Source: a virus
DNA length: 64,000 bases
IMG/VR virus record: IMGVR_UViG_3300032516_000003
Span: 65,341 to 129,340 of that record
Reading direction: 5' to 3' (one strand)
The position numbers and the translations under genes were made by a program. Below, piece after piece: positions 48,308-58,900 of the stretch. The notes below the pieces were generated by a model. It was not told the origin of the DNA. It worked only from the letters and a program-made list of their open reading frames with translations, and did not search any database. Numbering within the stretch: the stretch's first letter is position 1; every line of letters starts with the position of its first letter.

Positions 48308-49218
48308 GACACGTTGATGCCGCGCGCATGTCCGCCTTCGTGGACGAGCTGAACAAGACGGCCGGGTGGATGGGCACGCTGGGTAGAACCGCGCTCCGTA
48401 CCGGAGCCGCCATGGCCGGCGCCCCCGGTTCCTACGGGCGCCGTCTGGCTATAGGTGCAGGCGTCGGGGCGCTTGGTGGTGGTGCCGTCGATGAGGAGAA
48501 CCGACTGCGGGGCGCCTTGATCGGTGCCGGTCTCGGGGCAGGTGCCACTGGTGGGGCGATCCTCTCAACTCCCGCTGGCCGTGAGGAGGCCAAGAAGCTG
48601 GTGAAGCGCCAGGTGTACTCGCTCACGGGTCGGGGGGTAAAGGACCTTGAACATGCCCGTGAGCTGGGCATCGTCGCCAAAGACCCCACCGAAGCCACCC
48701 TCCGCCCAGGGCTGATCAACCGCGTCTTGGGTCGGACTCCTAAGGACCTACACGAGCGGGCTCTGGCGCAGGTCAAGCGGGAAGAAGAAGCTTTCACTGC
48801 CGGCCACTTGCATGCTCCAGGCATCCTCAAGGGCATGGTCACTCACCCATTGCAGACACTGAAGAGCGGCTGGCAGAGGTCGGGCGTTTTGGGCAAGGCC
48901 TTCACCGGACTCGGCGCCTACGAAGCTGGCAAGGGCTTCATCAAGAAGCCGGAGGAGGGTGGGCCAGGTCGGGCTGAGAGTGGGCTCAGGGCGCTTGGTA
49001 GCACCGCTGGAATGGTTCTCGCCCCACCGGTCCTTGCTGGTGGTATGCTGGTGAGCGAAGGACTTGGACAGACCGGCAAGTGGCTTGGCCGAGGTGTTGA
49101 TCGCGCAACGGGCCGGCTCAAGTCCCCAACGCATGACACAGCGGTACAGCGACCGGGACGCGAGATCATTCGACAGCATGTGGTCTCGCCCATTCAACAG
49201 ACGCTGGGAGTGACCTAA
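48304..49218 (+). CDS. Gly-zipper-rich hypothetical protein
   Basis: GAGVGALGGGAV...GALIGAGLGAGATGGAIL. Confidence 0.5.
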   Translation: MRHVDAARMSAFVDELNKTAGWMGTLGRTALRTGAAMAGAPGSYGRRLAIGAGVGALGGGAVDEENRLRGALIGAGLGAGATGGAILSTPAGREEAKKLVKRQVYSLTGRGVKDLEHARELGIVAKDPTEATLRPGLINRVLGRTPKDLHERALAQVKREEEAFTAGHLHAPGILKGMVTHPLQTLKSGWQRSGVLGKAFTGLGAYEAGKGFIKKPEEGGPGRAESGLRALGSTAGMVLAPPVLAGGMLVSEGLGQTGKWLGRGVDRATGRLKSPTHDTAVQRPGREIIRQHVVSPIQQTLGVT

Positions 49219-49219
49219 C

Positions 49220-52200
49220 GTGGCTACCTCCTCGATGTTCGGCGGCTCCCAGAGCGCGATGCGCTTCTCCCACACCCGTGGGAGAATCAGCGGCAGTCAG
49301 GACTACGGGCTTCAGTACCCCAGCCCCTTCTTCGACATCGCCCACACGTACCTGCCGGCCACCGTCAAGCAGATGTTCCGGTGGTGCCGGTACTACTTCC
49401 TCGTCAACCCACTGATCAACGCCATCGTAGCCAAGATGTCCGAGTACCCGGTCACGGACATCATCTTCGACACGGAGAAGCCGGAGCTCAAGCAACAGTG
49501 GAAGGACTTCCTGCTGGAGCACCTGCGCTATCGAGCGTTCCAGATCGAGACGGGCCTCGACTACTACACCTACGGCAACACCCTGATCAGCATCTTCTAC
49601 CCCTTCATCAAGCTGCTGGTCTGCCCATCTTGTGGCAAGAAGACGCCGGCCCGCGAGGCGGAGTACCGCTTTCAGAACTTCCAGTTCATCATCAGCTGCA
49701 GCTGTGGTCACCACGGCCCGGCTGATACGGTGGACCACTACATCCGGGCGCCCAAGGGCATCCGGCTGCTGCGCTGGAATCCTGAGGACGTGGACATCCG
49801 CTACAACGACATCACCGGCGAGTACGAGTACTACTACACGGTCCCCACGCCACTGCGGAACGACATCATCATGGGCCGCAAGTCGACGGTGGAGACTGTG
49901 CCCCAGTTGTTCATCGACGCCTTGAGGCTAAAGAAGGCGGTCGTCTTCAGCCGTGACAACATCTACCACTTCAAGCGCCCCACCTTGGCCACCAAGGATC
50001 GCGGCTGGGGCACGCCGATGATCCTGCCGGTGCTGAAGGACACCTTCTACCTGCAGATCCTGCGGAAGGCCCAAGAATGCGTGGCACCCTCGACACTCAT
50101 CGAGTCTGTTAATGGCCTGGTGCCGGCTGATGACGTACGGGTGGGGGATCTAGTTAGAACGCACACCGGCCAGTGGCAGCCAGTGGAGAAGAAGTGGTAT
50201 CGAGATGCCCGCGAGGAAGAGATCGGACGCAAAATCATACTGGCTGGGCTGCGACCGTTTGGTGCTGTCTACTCTCCACAGCACCCGGTGTTTAGCCTTC
50301 GTCGCAACGAGGAGGGTCGGAGGATTGATACCAAGGATCGCCAGCGATCTTCTGTGATCTTGCGCAACCCACACCTCTACGAAGAAGTGCTGTGTCCCGC
50401 CGAGCAGCTACAGGTAGGAGACTACGTGCTCTACCCGCGTCGGCTTCCGACGGAAGATACGACGGTAGACGTAGCCCAGTATACTGGACTGACATCTACA
50501 GATGGCTGGGTCTACAGTGGTTGCGGGGAAGAGACGGCACAGGCGTTTGAGGCTTTGGAGCGCGGTGAACATGTCACGCACGACAATGCAGGGCAGGTGG
50601 CAAAGAGGATCCTGAAGGAGGGCCGTACCCCCAAGCGTATGGCAGCCTCTAGGCTCATGACTGAGGACTTCGCCTACGTCTTGGGCTGGTACGCAGGAGA
50701 CGGCAGTTGTGGCACTCGCCACGTCACATTTTCCTTGGGCAAGAAGGACGACCCAGCGCCATTGATGGCCGCCATCAAACGCGAGTTCGATTCGGTCGCT
50801 ACTGTCGAGATGGGGGAGTCAATCAATTCGGTGGTACTGTCTGATGTCATAGTGCGTCAGCTGATCAAAGGCATGATCCCCGGCGTAGCCAGGATCAAGC
50901 GCGTCCCGATTGAGGTACTGAACGGCACGGATAAGGTGAAGTTGGCCTATCTGCGCGGGCTGTGGGAGGCCGATGGCTGCAGGAGCGAGCATCAAGCGAC
51001 GCTGGCTACCAGCAGCCGCGAGCAGGCGTACGACGTCTATCGCCTGCTGCTACACTTCGGCTGCATTGCTAGCGTAAACCAGCGTCAAACGGCTGACTCG
51101 CAGCTGTCTGACGGCAGAGTCATCGTTGGTGGTACCCACTACCATACAGTGGCCTGCAGTGCGTCTCGTGATCGCCTCATGTCTCTGCTGGAGTGCGGAG
51201 GTGGGCCAGAGATCACTTCAGGCAAGAGCGGCTTCTTCTGGAAGGACTATTTCGCGTCTAGGGTAAGCGCGATCGAGGAGTCTGATGAGGAGCAATACAT
51301 CGACTTCAAGGTCAAGAACGACACCACCTTCTGTACGCCGGGCACAGCGACGAAAAATTCTATTGCGCTCGAACACATCGTGCCTCTGCGAATCCTCTTC
51401 CCACAAGCCGGGTCTGCCACCAGCGACCCGTACTGTCTATCGGTCAGTACATTGGTGGAGATCAATAAGGGATATCTCCCCGCAGGCGAGGTGAAGGTAG
51501 GCGATCTGGTTAAGACCTATCGTGGCAAATACCTTCCGGTGATTGCGATCAAGCGACGCCTGGTCAAGAAAGCGGAGAAGGTGTACGCGATCGGGGTGGT
51601 TGGTATGTCGGCCTTCCCCGTGGAGGCGTCTGAAGACCATCCTTTCTTTGCGGTCCAAGCTGAGGGCCGGCAGAAGAGGTATATCGCGGACTGGCAGCCA
51701 GATTGGGTAGCGACTAAAGACCTGCAGATCGGGGACTATGTTGCCTATCCGTTAGCACGAGAGATCAAGAATAGCCTCTCGGTTGACGTAGCGCAGTATC
51801 TGAGCTCCTACGTGGCTACTGACGAGTGGGTATATCGGCAGATCACGAAGGAGGGGGCAGAAGTCTACGAGTATGTAGAGCAGAGAGAGCAGCGACTATT
51901 TGCGGGAGGAGAGCTGCAGCAAACTGCTGCACAACACGGCTGGTCAGTGCCCACTCTGCAAACTACCGCCAGCCGCTATCGGCGTGGCCATCGAACCTCC
52001 AGGATCCCGCGACATCTCTCATGGTCCAAGCATCTTGCTACGATCGTAGGGTACTACCTGGCCGAGGGTTGCATTGGGAATCATATTACCTTCTCTTTGC
52101 ATAAGAAGGAGACTTGGATCTGCGACGAACTAGATGTCGCCTTCACGGCGCTGTTGGGTAAGAAAGGCACCCGGCGAACTCATGGCGACAATGGCTTGGT

Positions 52201-55075
52201 CTACGAGATCAGTGACAGTATCTTCGGAGAGTTCCTCCAGAACTACCTCGGTCACTTGGCCTGGAACAAGCGACTGCCACAAGAGGTCGTGCATCTTCCA
52301 GACGAGGTCATTCGCGAGCTTGTACGCTGTCTAATCAATGGTGACGGGGGCCGCGAGGAATGTTACCGAGACAACGGTACAGGCAGAGCCTGCCGTACTT
52401 CTTCGATGACGTTCACTTCAACTTCCAGAGACTTGGCCTTGAAGCTACGAGAGTTGTTGCTCTACTTGAGGGTAGTGGGCAAGGTACACCGGACACCTGT
52501 CCGTGAGAGACGCAAGCACGAGATCTTCCGCGTGAAAGTGTCTGGTGCGGAGGCCGTGGGGCTTTGGCAGCAGCTTGGTTGGGCCCTCCCCGAATTGGAG
52601 GTCAAGAAGGACACCACACGTTCCTTCATCCAGGGAGACTACGCCTTCTTCAGGGTGCAGAAGAAGGCGGAGCTCCATGATGTTGACTTCGTCTATGGCT
52701 TCCAGGTGGATGGAGACAAGAGCTTCTGTGTTCCGGCGTGCGCCACCCACAATACCACGGTCAACCTCCAAGACTGGCGTGACCACGTCGCCGGGGAGAT
52801 CAGACGGTGGCGTTGCGTATCACCCGACTCCATGGTTGAAACCATGGAGGGGCTGCGCCCGGCCGGAGAAGTGACAGTAGGAGATTGGCTGAAGAACCGG
52901 CTTGGAGGTTACGATCGCGTAGTCAAGCGTCACGAACGCGCGCTTGATCCAGGGGAGTTGGCGTATCGCCTGAGGGTGCGTGGGCAGCACGCTATTCAGA
53001 CCGTCTACTCTGAGGAACACCCCATCTTTGCCGCGCGCAAGCAGAACAACGGCAACGGCCATAAGCTGGGGGCACGCGAGTTCATTCCTGTAGCTGCACT
53101 CTCTGTCGGTGACTATGTAGGTTATCCTACCCGACGAGATGTCGTAAAGTATGTTGATCTGGACATCTCAGCTCACGTAGATCGGGCGGCTACAGATAAG
53201 TTCGTGTACACCGACTACCTGGAGTCCGATACGCCTCTGGCGTTCGAGTACCTTGAGGCACATCCGCAGGCGGGGGCCGCAGAGGCGGCCGCGGCCTCGG
53301 GGTGTCCAATTACCCCGGCCAAGACGGCGCATAACGCCGTTCGGGAAGGGCGTACGCTTAGACGCATCCCACGGTACCTCCCGTTTGACAAAGATCTGAT
53401 GTACGTGCTCGGCCTCTACGTGGCCGAAGGCAACGCTACACCCAAGCAGGTGATGTTCTCCTTGCACAAGGACGAGACCGAGATCTGTCAGCGTCTGGAC
53501 AGCTTCTTCCTGTCACGGTTTGGTGCGCACAGAACTGGCGGGCAGAAGACTGAGAATGGGATCCAGATCGCTTACAGCAGTGTCATCGCTGCTCAGGTAT
53601 TCCATGGGCTGGTTCCTGGTATAGCCATGAACAAGCGTCTGCCAGAAGCAGTTCGCCAGGCATCAGACGAACTAGCACTTGAGGCAGTGCGTGGCGTACT
53701 TGATGGTGATGGGTGCTACTATACCGACAAGACGGTGTTGGGAACCGCTAGTCGGCAGCTAGCAGAAGATGTGCGTCAACTGCTGCTATCTTGGGAAATC
53801 ATGCCCGGCATTTCTTTTGTTTCGGGCGGTCCCACCATCATCTGTGGTCGCGAGACCGTAGGCCACGGCTGCTACCTCGTTCAGGTCTCTGGTGACCAGC
53901 ACGCCAAGCTACAGGCACTCTTGCAAGGGGTGTCCTATACGGGTGCTGAGCACTGTAGATCAGGGCTATTCCGGGATGGCTTTGCCTGGTTCCGCATTGA
54001 GGCCATCGAAGAAGCTGAGCCGGAGAAGGTAGTGGCCTTCCAGATGGATGGTGACAGCACCTTCTGTACCTGGGGCGTGGCCACTCACAATAGCGACAAC
54101 AACTACATCCCCATCATGCCGCTGCCCATCGGCAACCAGACTATCGGCGGGGATGGCCGGGCCCTGCTTCTCAGCCAGGAGATCCGGGTATGGTCGGAGC
54201 ACATCGTGGCTGGGATGGGCGTACCAGTAGAGCTCATCTTCGGCGGCATGAGCTACTCGGGTAGCAACGTGTCGCTGCGCATGCTGGAGAACACCTACCT
54301 CGGCTACCTGCAGGACCAGCTCTCACTGCTGCGCTGGGTCATCCGCAACGTGTCCTCCTACTTGGGCTGGGCACCAGTGCGGGCCCGCTTCAAGCCGTTC
54401 AAGATGGCCGACGACCTGCAGCGGAAGGCCTACCTGTTCCAGCTGAGCCAGGCCGGCAAGCTCTCGGACGAGTCACTCCTGGCGGACGCCGACTTCGACT
54501 CGACCAAGGAAGACGCGATCATAGAGCGTGAGGCCTCCCGCCGTTCGGAAGCGCTACGCAAGCAGCAACTCATGCAGGCTGACATCCAGGGTGAAGCCCA
54601 GATGCAGAGCATGAAGTGGCAGACCAAGGCGCAGACCAAGGCGCTGAAGGAGCAGACGGCCATGCAGAACGAGATGGCCAAAGATCAACTGGCTACTCAA
54701 GCCGCCGCGCAGCAGGGACAGATCCCGCCGCCGCTGCCTCCTCGACCTGACCTGATTCAGCCGCCTCAGGAAGTGAAGTCACCACTCACCCTGCAGTCGG
54801 TGCAGCCCATCACCCCGGCCACCACCGGCGAATCCCTGGTCGGCCAGCAGAACATCGACCTGCTCTACCTCGGCCGCCAGCTCGCCGATCGCATCAACAA
54901 CATGGATGAGCTGCAGAAGCCGCAGGCCTTGGCGCAGCTGCGTGAAGACTCACCACAACTCTATGACGTCGTCTTGGGGCTAATGGCAAGCGGACCGAAG
55001 GGTCAAGTATCCGCCGGGCGGCCCCTGCCTGAGCAGAGACCGCCACGGCGGGGTCCAGAGAGCAGCTTGATCTAA
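49220..55075 (+). CDS. portal (T7 gp8-like head-tail connector) carrying three inteins. Mature extein about 658 aa
   Basis: Extein NNYIPIMPLPIG...GDGRALL resembles T7 gp8 YIPIRMVRLDGESYG, and the Q-rich C-terminal helix resembles gp8's C-terminus. The 1951-aa ORF minus inserts of 427, 440 and 426 aa gives about 658 aa. Confidence 0.65.
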   Translation: MATSSMFGGSQSAMRFSHTRGRISGSQDYGLQYPSPFFDIAHTYLPATVKQMFRWCRYYFLVNPLINAIVAKMSEYPVTDIIFDTEKPELKQQWKDFLLEHLRYRAFQIETGLDYYTYGNTLISIFYPFIKLLVCPSCGKKTPAREAEYRFQNFQFIISCSCGHHGPADTVDHYIRAPKGIRLLRWNPEDVDIRYNDITGEYEYYYTVPTPLRNDIIMGRKSTVETVPQLFIDALRLKKAVVFSRDNIYHFKRPTLATKDRGWGTPMILPVLKDTFYLQILRKAQECVAPSTLIESVNGLVPADDVRVGDLVRTHTGQWQPVEKKWYRDAREEEIGRKIILAGLRPFGAVYSPQHPVFSLRRNEEGRRIDTKDRQRSSVILRNPHLYEEVLCPAEQLQVGDYVLYPRRLPTEDTTVDVAQYTGLTSTDGWVYSGCGEETAQAFEALERGEHVTHDNAGQVAKRILKEGRTPKRMAASRLMTEDFAYVLGWYAGDGSCGTRHVTFSLGKKDDPAPLMAAIKREFDSVATVEMGESINSVVLSDVIVRQLIKGMIPGVARIKRVPIEVLNGTDKVKLAYLRGLWEADGCRSEHQATLATSSREQAYDVYRLLLHFGCIASVNQRQTADSQLSDGRVIVGGTHYHTVACSASRDRLMSLLECGGGPEITSGKSGFFWKDYFASRVSAIEESDEEQYIDFKVKNDTTFCTPGTATKNSIALEHIVPLRILFPQAGSATSDPYCLSVSTLVEINKGYLPAGEVKVGDLVKTYRGKYLPVIAIKRRLVKKAEKVYAIGVVGMSAFPVEASEDHPFFAVQAEGRQKRYIADWQPDWVATKDLQIGDYVAYPLAREIKNSLSVDVAQYLSSYVATDEWVYRQITKEGAEVYEYVEQREQRLFAGGELQQTAAQHGWSVPTLQTTASRYRRGHRTSRIPRHLSWSKHLATIVGYYLAEGCIGNHITFSLHKKETWICDELDVAFTALLGKKGTRRTHGDNGLVYEISDSIFGEFLQNYLGHLAWNKRLPQEVVHLPDEVIRELVRCLINGDGGREECYRDNGTGRACRTSSMTFTSTSRDLALKLRELLLYLRVVGKVHRTPVRERRKHEIFRVKVSGAEAVGLWQQLGWALPELEVKKDTTRSFIQGDYAFFRVQKKAELHDVDFVYGFQVDGDKSFCVPACATHNTTVNLQDWRDHVAGEIRRWRCVSPDSMVETMEGLRPAGEVTVGDWLKNRLGGYDRVVKRHERALDPGELAYRLRVRGQHAIQTVYSEEHPIFAARKQNNGNGHKLGAREFIPVAALSVGDYVGYPTRRDVVKYVDLDISAHVDRAATDKFVYTDYLESDTPLAFEYLEAHPQAGAAEAAAASGCPITPAKTAHNAVREGRTLRRIPRYLPFDKDLMYVLGLYVAEGNATPKQVMFSLHKDETEICQRLDSFFLSRFGAHRTGGQKTENGIQIAYSSVIAAQVFHGLVPGIAMNKRLPEAVRQASDELALEAVRGVLDGDGCYYTDKTVLGTASRQLAEDVRQLLLSWEIMPGISFVSGGPTIICGRETVGHGCYLVQVSGDQHAKLQALLQGVSYTGAEHCRSGLFRDGFAWFRIEAIEEAEPEKVVAFQMDGDSTFCTWGVATHNSDNNYIPIMPLPIGNQTIGGDGRALLLSQEIRVWSEHIVAGMGVPVELIFGGMSYSGSNVSLRMLENTYLGYLQDQLSLLRWVIRNVSSYLGWAPVRARFKPFKMADDLQRKAYLFQLSQAGKLSDESLLADADFDSTKEDAIIEREASRRSEALRKQQLMQADIQGEAQMQSMKWQTKAQTKALKEQTAMQNEMAKDQLATQAAAQQGQIPPPLPPRPDLIQPPQEVKSPLTLQSVQPITPATTGESLVGQQNIDLLYLGRQLADRINNMDELQKPQALAQLREDSPQLYDVVLGLMASGPKGQVSAGRPLPEQRPPRRGPESSLI
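50078..51358 (+). mobile_element. portal intein 1 (427 aa, LAGLIDADG type)
   Basis: ...RKAQE|CVAPSTLIES... with VLGWYAGDGSC and LRGLWEADGC. Ends TFCTPGTATKN with +1 Ser, so the penultimate residue is Lys rather than His. Confidence 0.75.
51434..52753 (+). mobile_element. portal intein 2 (440 aa, LAGLIDADG type)
   Basis: ...SDPY|CLSVSTLVEINKG... with IVGYYLAEGCIG and LVRCLINGDGG. Ends SFCVPACATHN with +1 Thr. Confidence 0.75.
52814..54091 (+). mobile_element. portal intein 3 (426 aa, LAGLIDADG type)
   Basis: ...IRRWR|CVSPDSMVETMEG... with VLGLYVAEGNAT and VRGVLDGDGCY. Ends TFCTWGVATHN with +1 Ser. Confidence 0.75.
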
Positions 55076-55533
55076 CTGACTGCTTCTAGGAGGGCCTTGC
55101 CCTCCTCCATGTCTCCCTCGCCGAAACCTTCGTACGCACACGAGGCGCACATGATCCCGGCGGACTTCTCCCGGTTGTGGGGCACGAAGACCAGCGTGTC
55201 TGTGTCGACGTTGCCGACCTTCAAGTAGAACGCCCGGTCTCCCTCTCGCAGCTTGCGTCCGCACCAGCACTGCCACCCAGTGTCCTCTCCCCAATTCAGG
55301 TGGAGATCGAAACGCGTCAGCAAGCAATGCACGTGGAAGAGACCCAAGACTGCACGATTGCAGTCGTCGGGACGGTCCCGATCGGGGGCGAACGTGAGAA
55401 ACCGCTTGTCCCGCCGCATGGAGACCATCCACCCAGATTCGATCAACACTAGGTCGTTCTCTTCGAGGAGTGGCTCTCCGCAGAGGGCGCAGTTCTCCTC
55501 CGGTTCGACGTCGATCCGTGGATCGATCTCCAT
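55072..55533 (-). CDS. Cys-rich hypothetical protein
   Basis: 153-aa ORF convergent with the portal, sharing overlapping stops. Has NCALCGE, WQCWCG and CASC. Confidence 0.4.
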   Translation of the reverse strand: MEIDPRIDVEPEENCALCGEPLLEENDLVLIESGWMVSMRRDKRFLTFAPDRDRPDDCNRAVLGLFHVHCLLTRFDLHLNWGEDTGWQCWCGRKLREGDRAFYLKVGNVDTDTLVFVPHNREKSAGIMCASCAYEGFGEGDMEEGKALLEAVS

Positions 55534-55569
55534 GGCGTTAATCCTGTAGCAAGATGTGGGGATGCCTGA

Positions 55570-55689
55570 TCAGCGACCCCCGGGATCTCCATCCCTTCTC
55601 AGGTTATCTGCCAGTTCACAGAGCCCCTGAGCGACCTCGTCCGCAGCCGCGGAAGCGAAGCACAGGATGAAGATCCAGAGCAGCGGCAT
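55570..55689 (-). CDS. 39-aa hydrophobic micro-protein (MPLLWIFILCFASAAA...)
   Basis: Below the 60-aa track cutoff. Its ATG follows directly on the TAG of the acidic ORF upstream. Confidence 0.25.
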   Translation of the reverse strand: MPLLWIFILCFASAAADEVAQGLCELADNLRRDGDPGGR

Positions 55690-55836
55690 CTACTCGTCGT
55701 CCTCGCTGCCTGGTTTGTCGGTGTTGTCCTCTTGTTCCTGGTCGTCTCCTCCAGATGGATCGGTGGTGGGGTCGAGCGCGTCATCAAGCTCGTCTTCGAG
55801 CTCACCCAGTGAGCCACGTCCTGGGGAACACAGCAT
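55690..55836 (-). CDS. 48-aa highly acidic micro-protein
   Basis: AAGGAG sits 8 nt before the ATG. MLCSPGRGSLGELEDELDDALDPTTDPSGGDDQEQEDNTDKPGSEDDE has 19 D/E in 48 residues. Confidence 0.3.
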   Translation of the reverse strand: MLCSPGRGSLGELEDELDDALDPTTDPSGGDDQEQEDNTDKPGSEDDE

Positions 55837-55880
55837 GAGATAGGTCTCCTTTCTCTATGATACTTATACCTCAGGGCGAA

Positions 55881-55917
55881 CAAGAGTCTTATGCCACCGA
55901 ATGTTGCGGAGTTGCAG
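55881..55917 (+). promoter_or_regulatory. conserved 37-nt motif, copy 2 (caagagtCTTATGCCACCGAAtgttgcgGAGTTGCag)
   Basis: Lies 49 nt upstream of the RNAP start codon. See copy 1. Confidence 0.4.
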
Positions 55918-55965
55918 AAGGATGGGACTCTCTGATACCCTCTACCCATGTGATGGAGGACATAG

Positions 55966-58900
55966 ATGGCACGCCTGTCCCCGGAAGAGGGCTTTCAAGT
56001 CCTCGGAGACCGGGTCAAGGAGACGCTGACGGGCCTGTTCCCGATCGTAGGCAAGAAGCACACCCTGAGCCTTGATCAGGTAGAGGTCAAGGACAACCTC
56101 GATCTGGACGACATCCGCAGCCAGAAGGAAGCGCGCCTCAGCGGGCGCTCCTGGGCTGTTCCCGTTGAGGGTCGGGTGGCACTGGTGGACAATGCCACTG
56201 GTCGCGCCGTCGACTCGCAGAAGATCCGGCTGCTCAGCCTGCCCAAACACACCCGCCGCTACACGCACATCGTCAACGGCCGCGAGAAGCAGATCGACAA
56301 CCAGTGGCGGTTGAAGTCCGGCGTGTACGCTCGCATCAAGGAGAACGGCGAGCTGCAGTCGGACTTCAATCTGCGCAAGGGTGGCCGCGGCTTCGACATC
56401 GAATTCGATCCCAAGACCCACCAATTCAAGCTGGCGTACGGCACCTCGAACATCCCGCTCTCGCCACTCATGCAAGAGCTTGGCGTCCCGCGCGACACCA
56501 TTGAGCAGCAGTGGGGCAAGGAGATCACCAGCGCCAATCATGCTGATCGCGACCAGGCGGTGGCCAAGTTCTACCGCGCCTCGGTGGGCAAGCCCCCAGA
56601 GAGTCTGGAGCAGGCACGGGCCCATCTGCGTGACTCCTTCCAGAAGATGGAGGTCCGGCCGGACACCACGAGGATCACCTTGGGCAAGGAGCACACCCAG
56701 GTCACTGGTCACACACTGATGGACGCGGCCACCAAGCTGCTCCACGTCAGCCAGGGCAAGGCCCAGCCGGATGCTCGTGATGCGCTCATGTTCAAGGAGC
56801 TCCACTCGGTCGAGGACTTCATGGCTGAGCGGCTGCGTAAGGGCTCCCGCGACATCTTCCGCCGCATCCAGAACACCCTCGACAAGAAGACCAGTGTCCG
56901 CGACATCGTCGGTCCTAACATCTTCCACGGACCGATCGAGACGATGTACCGCACCTCACTGGTGAACGAGCCCAAGCAGATCAATCCGCTGGAGATGATC
57001 TCCGGCCAGATGAAGACCACCATCACTGGCGAGGGTGGCATCCAGAATGTCTACGGCATCACTGACGACGCCAAGCTGGTAGATGCCTCTCATCTGGGCT
57101 TCCTTGATCCCATTCACACGCCCGAGGGTGAAGCGACCGGCGTCAACCTGCGCTTGCCGTTGGGGGTCAAGAAGGTCGGTCACGACGTCGTAGTCCGAAT
57201 GTTCAACGTCCGGACTGGCAAGATGGAGCAGATCAATCCTGAGAAGGCGATGAATGCCACGGTAGCCCTGCCAGATCAGGTGAAGTGGGTTGGCGGCAAG
57301 CCCCACCCACTCGGCAAGGACGTACAAGTCAGTGGCCCCGGGAATGAGATCAAGACGGCCCCATTCAAGTCGGTCGACTACGTCATGCGAGACCCATCGC
57401 AGATGTTCTCGGTGTCGTCCAACCTGATCCCTTTCTTGCCCGCTGACCACCCCAACCGTAGCACCATGGCTGGCCGTCACATGGAGCAGGCCATATCACT
57501 GGTCCATCGCGAGCCGCCGCTGGTCCGGTCTGCCATCGTCGGCGGCAAGAAGATCATAGATGAGTGGGTCGGCAAGTTCGCTGGCCACAGCTCTCATGTG
57601 GATGGCACGGTGACGAAGGTGCAGAACGACGCCATCCACGTCAAAGACAAGGATGGCAAGAAGCACGAGATCCAGATCTACGATCACTTCCCGCTCAACG
57701 ATGACAAGTCTTTCCTCCACTCCACCCCGCTGGTGAAGGTGGGCGACCGAGTCAAGAAGGGCCAGCCGATCGCGGACAGCAACTTCACGCGTGGTGGCAC
57801 CCTGGCCTTGGGCACGAACCTGAAGGTCGGCTACTTGCCCTACAAGGGCTACAACTTCGAGGACGGTGTGGTCATCAGTGAGTCTGCGGCCAAGCAGCTC
57901 ACCAGCGAGCACCTGCACCAGAAGTCACTGGCTCTGGACAAAGAGCATGTGCTGGACAAGGCCAAGTACCAGGCCTACATGCCTGGTCGCCTGAATCGCG
58001 ATCAGATGGCCAAGATGGATGACGACGGGGTGGTCAAGCCGGGGCAGCTCGTGATGCCTGGCGACCCGCTAGTGCTGGCTCTGAAGAAGCACTCCGACCG
58101 GGGAGAGGATCGAGATCTGGCGCGGTTGCACCGCTCTCTGGTAAAGCCCTACCGAGATGACAGCATCATCTGGGAGCAGGATCATCCAGGTGTAGTGCAG
58201 GAGGTGGTGAAGCACGGCAAGCAGATCCTCGTGCACGTCAAGACCCAGGAGCAGGCAGAGATCGGGGACAAGGTGGCCGGCCGCCATGGCAACAAGGGGA
58301 TCATCACGTGTCATGATCAATGGACGGAGGTGCTGACTGGTCGCGGTTGGCTCAAATTCGAAGAGCTGCGCAAGGACGATCTCGTCTGCACTCTGAATCC
58401 AGAGACAGACGAGATCGAATATCACCGACCCACAGCCACTATCAGTCAGCAGCATCAGGGAAAGATGTTCCTGTTCGATGGGCCTCGTGTGAATCTATGT
58501 ACCACCCCTGAACATCGTCACTGGATACGCCCAATTCGTGGCGGGGCGTATCACTTCGAGACCTCGAAGGAGGTACACGCCCATGGCACGGTACACAAAC
58601 GTGGTGGATCGATTTGGGGTGGTACAGCAAAGAGACGAATCACGATCCCCGGTAGGCCAGCATTCAGGAAGGGTTGGCACGAGTACGATAGTCCGCGGTC
58701 TTACAACGCTGACGATTTCTTAGAATTCTTCGGGTACTGGATTACTGAAGGCTGCTTGTCTCGTAGTAGTGTGGTGATCGGGCAATCTCTTAACGCCAAT
58801 CCAGACACTTATGCGGCGATCAGGGCGTGTCTAGAGCGACTGGGGTACCGTGTGTCTGCGGGGTCGACCAGTTTGGCGATTGGGGATCCGCGGCTGGCCT

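Noticed and set aside
55599-55949. 116-aa minus-strand ORF from the track
   Set aside because: It spans the intergenic promoter region and the conserved 37-nt motif, and has no RBS. The RBS-supported micro-ORFs (55570-55689, 55690-55836) lie in a different frame.
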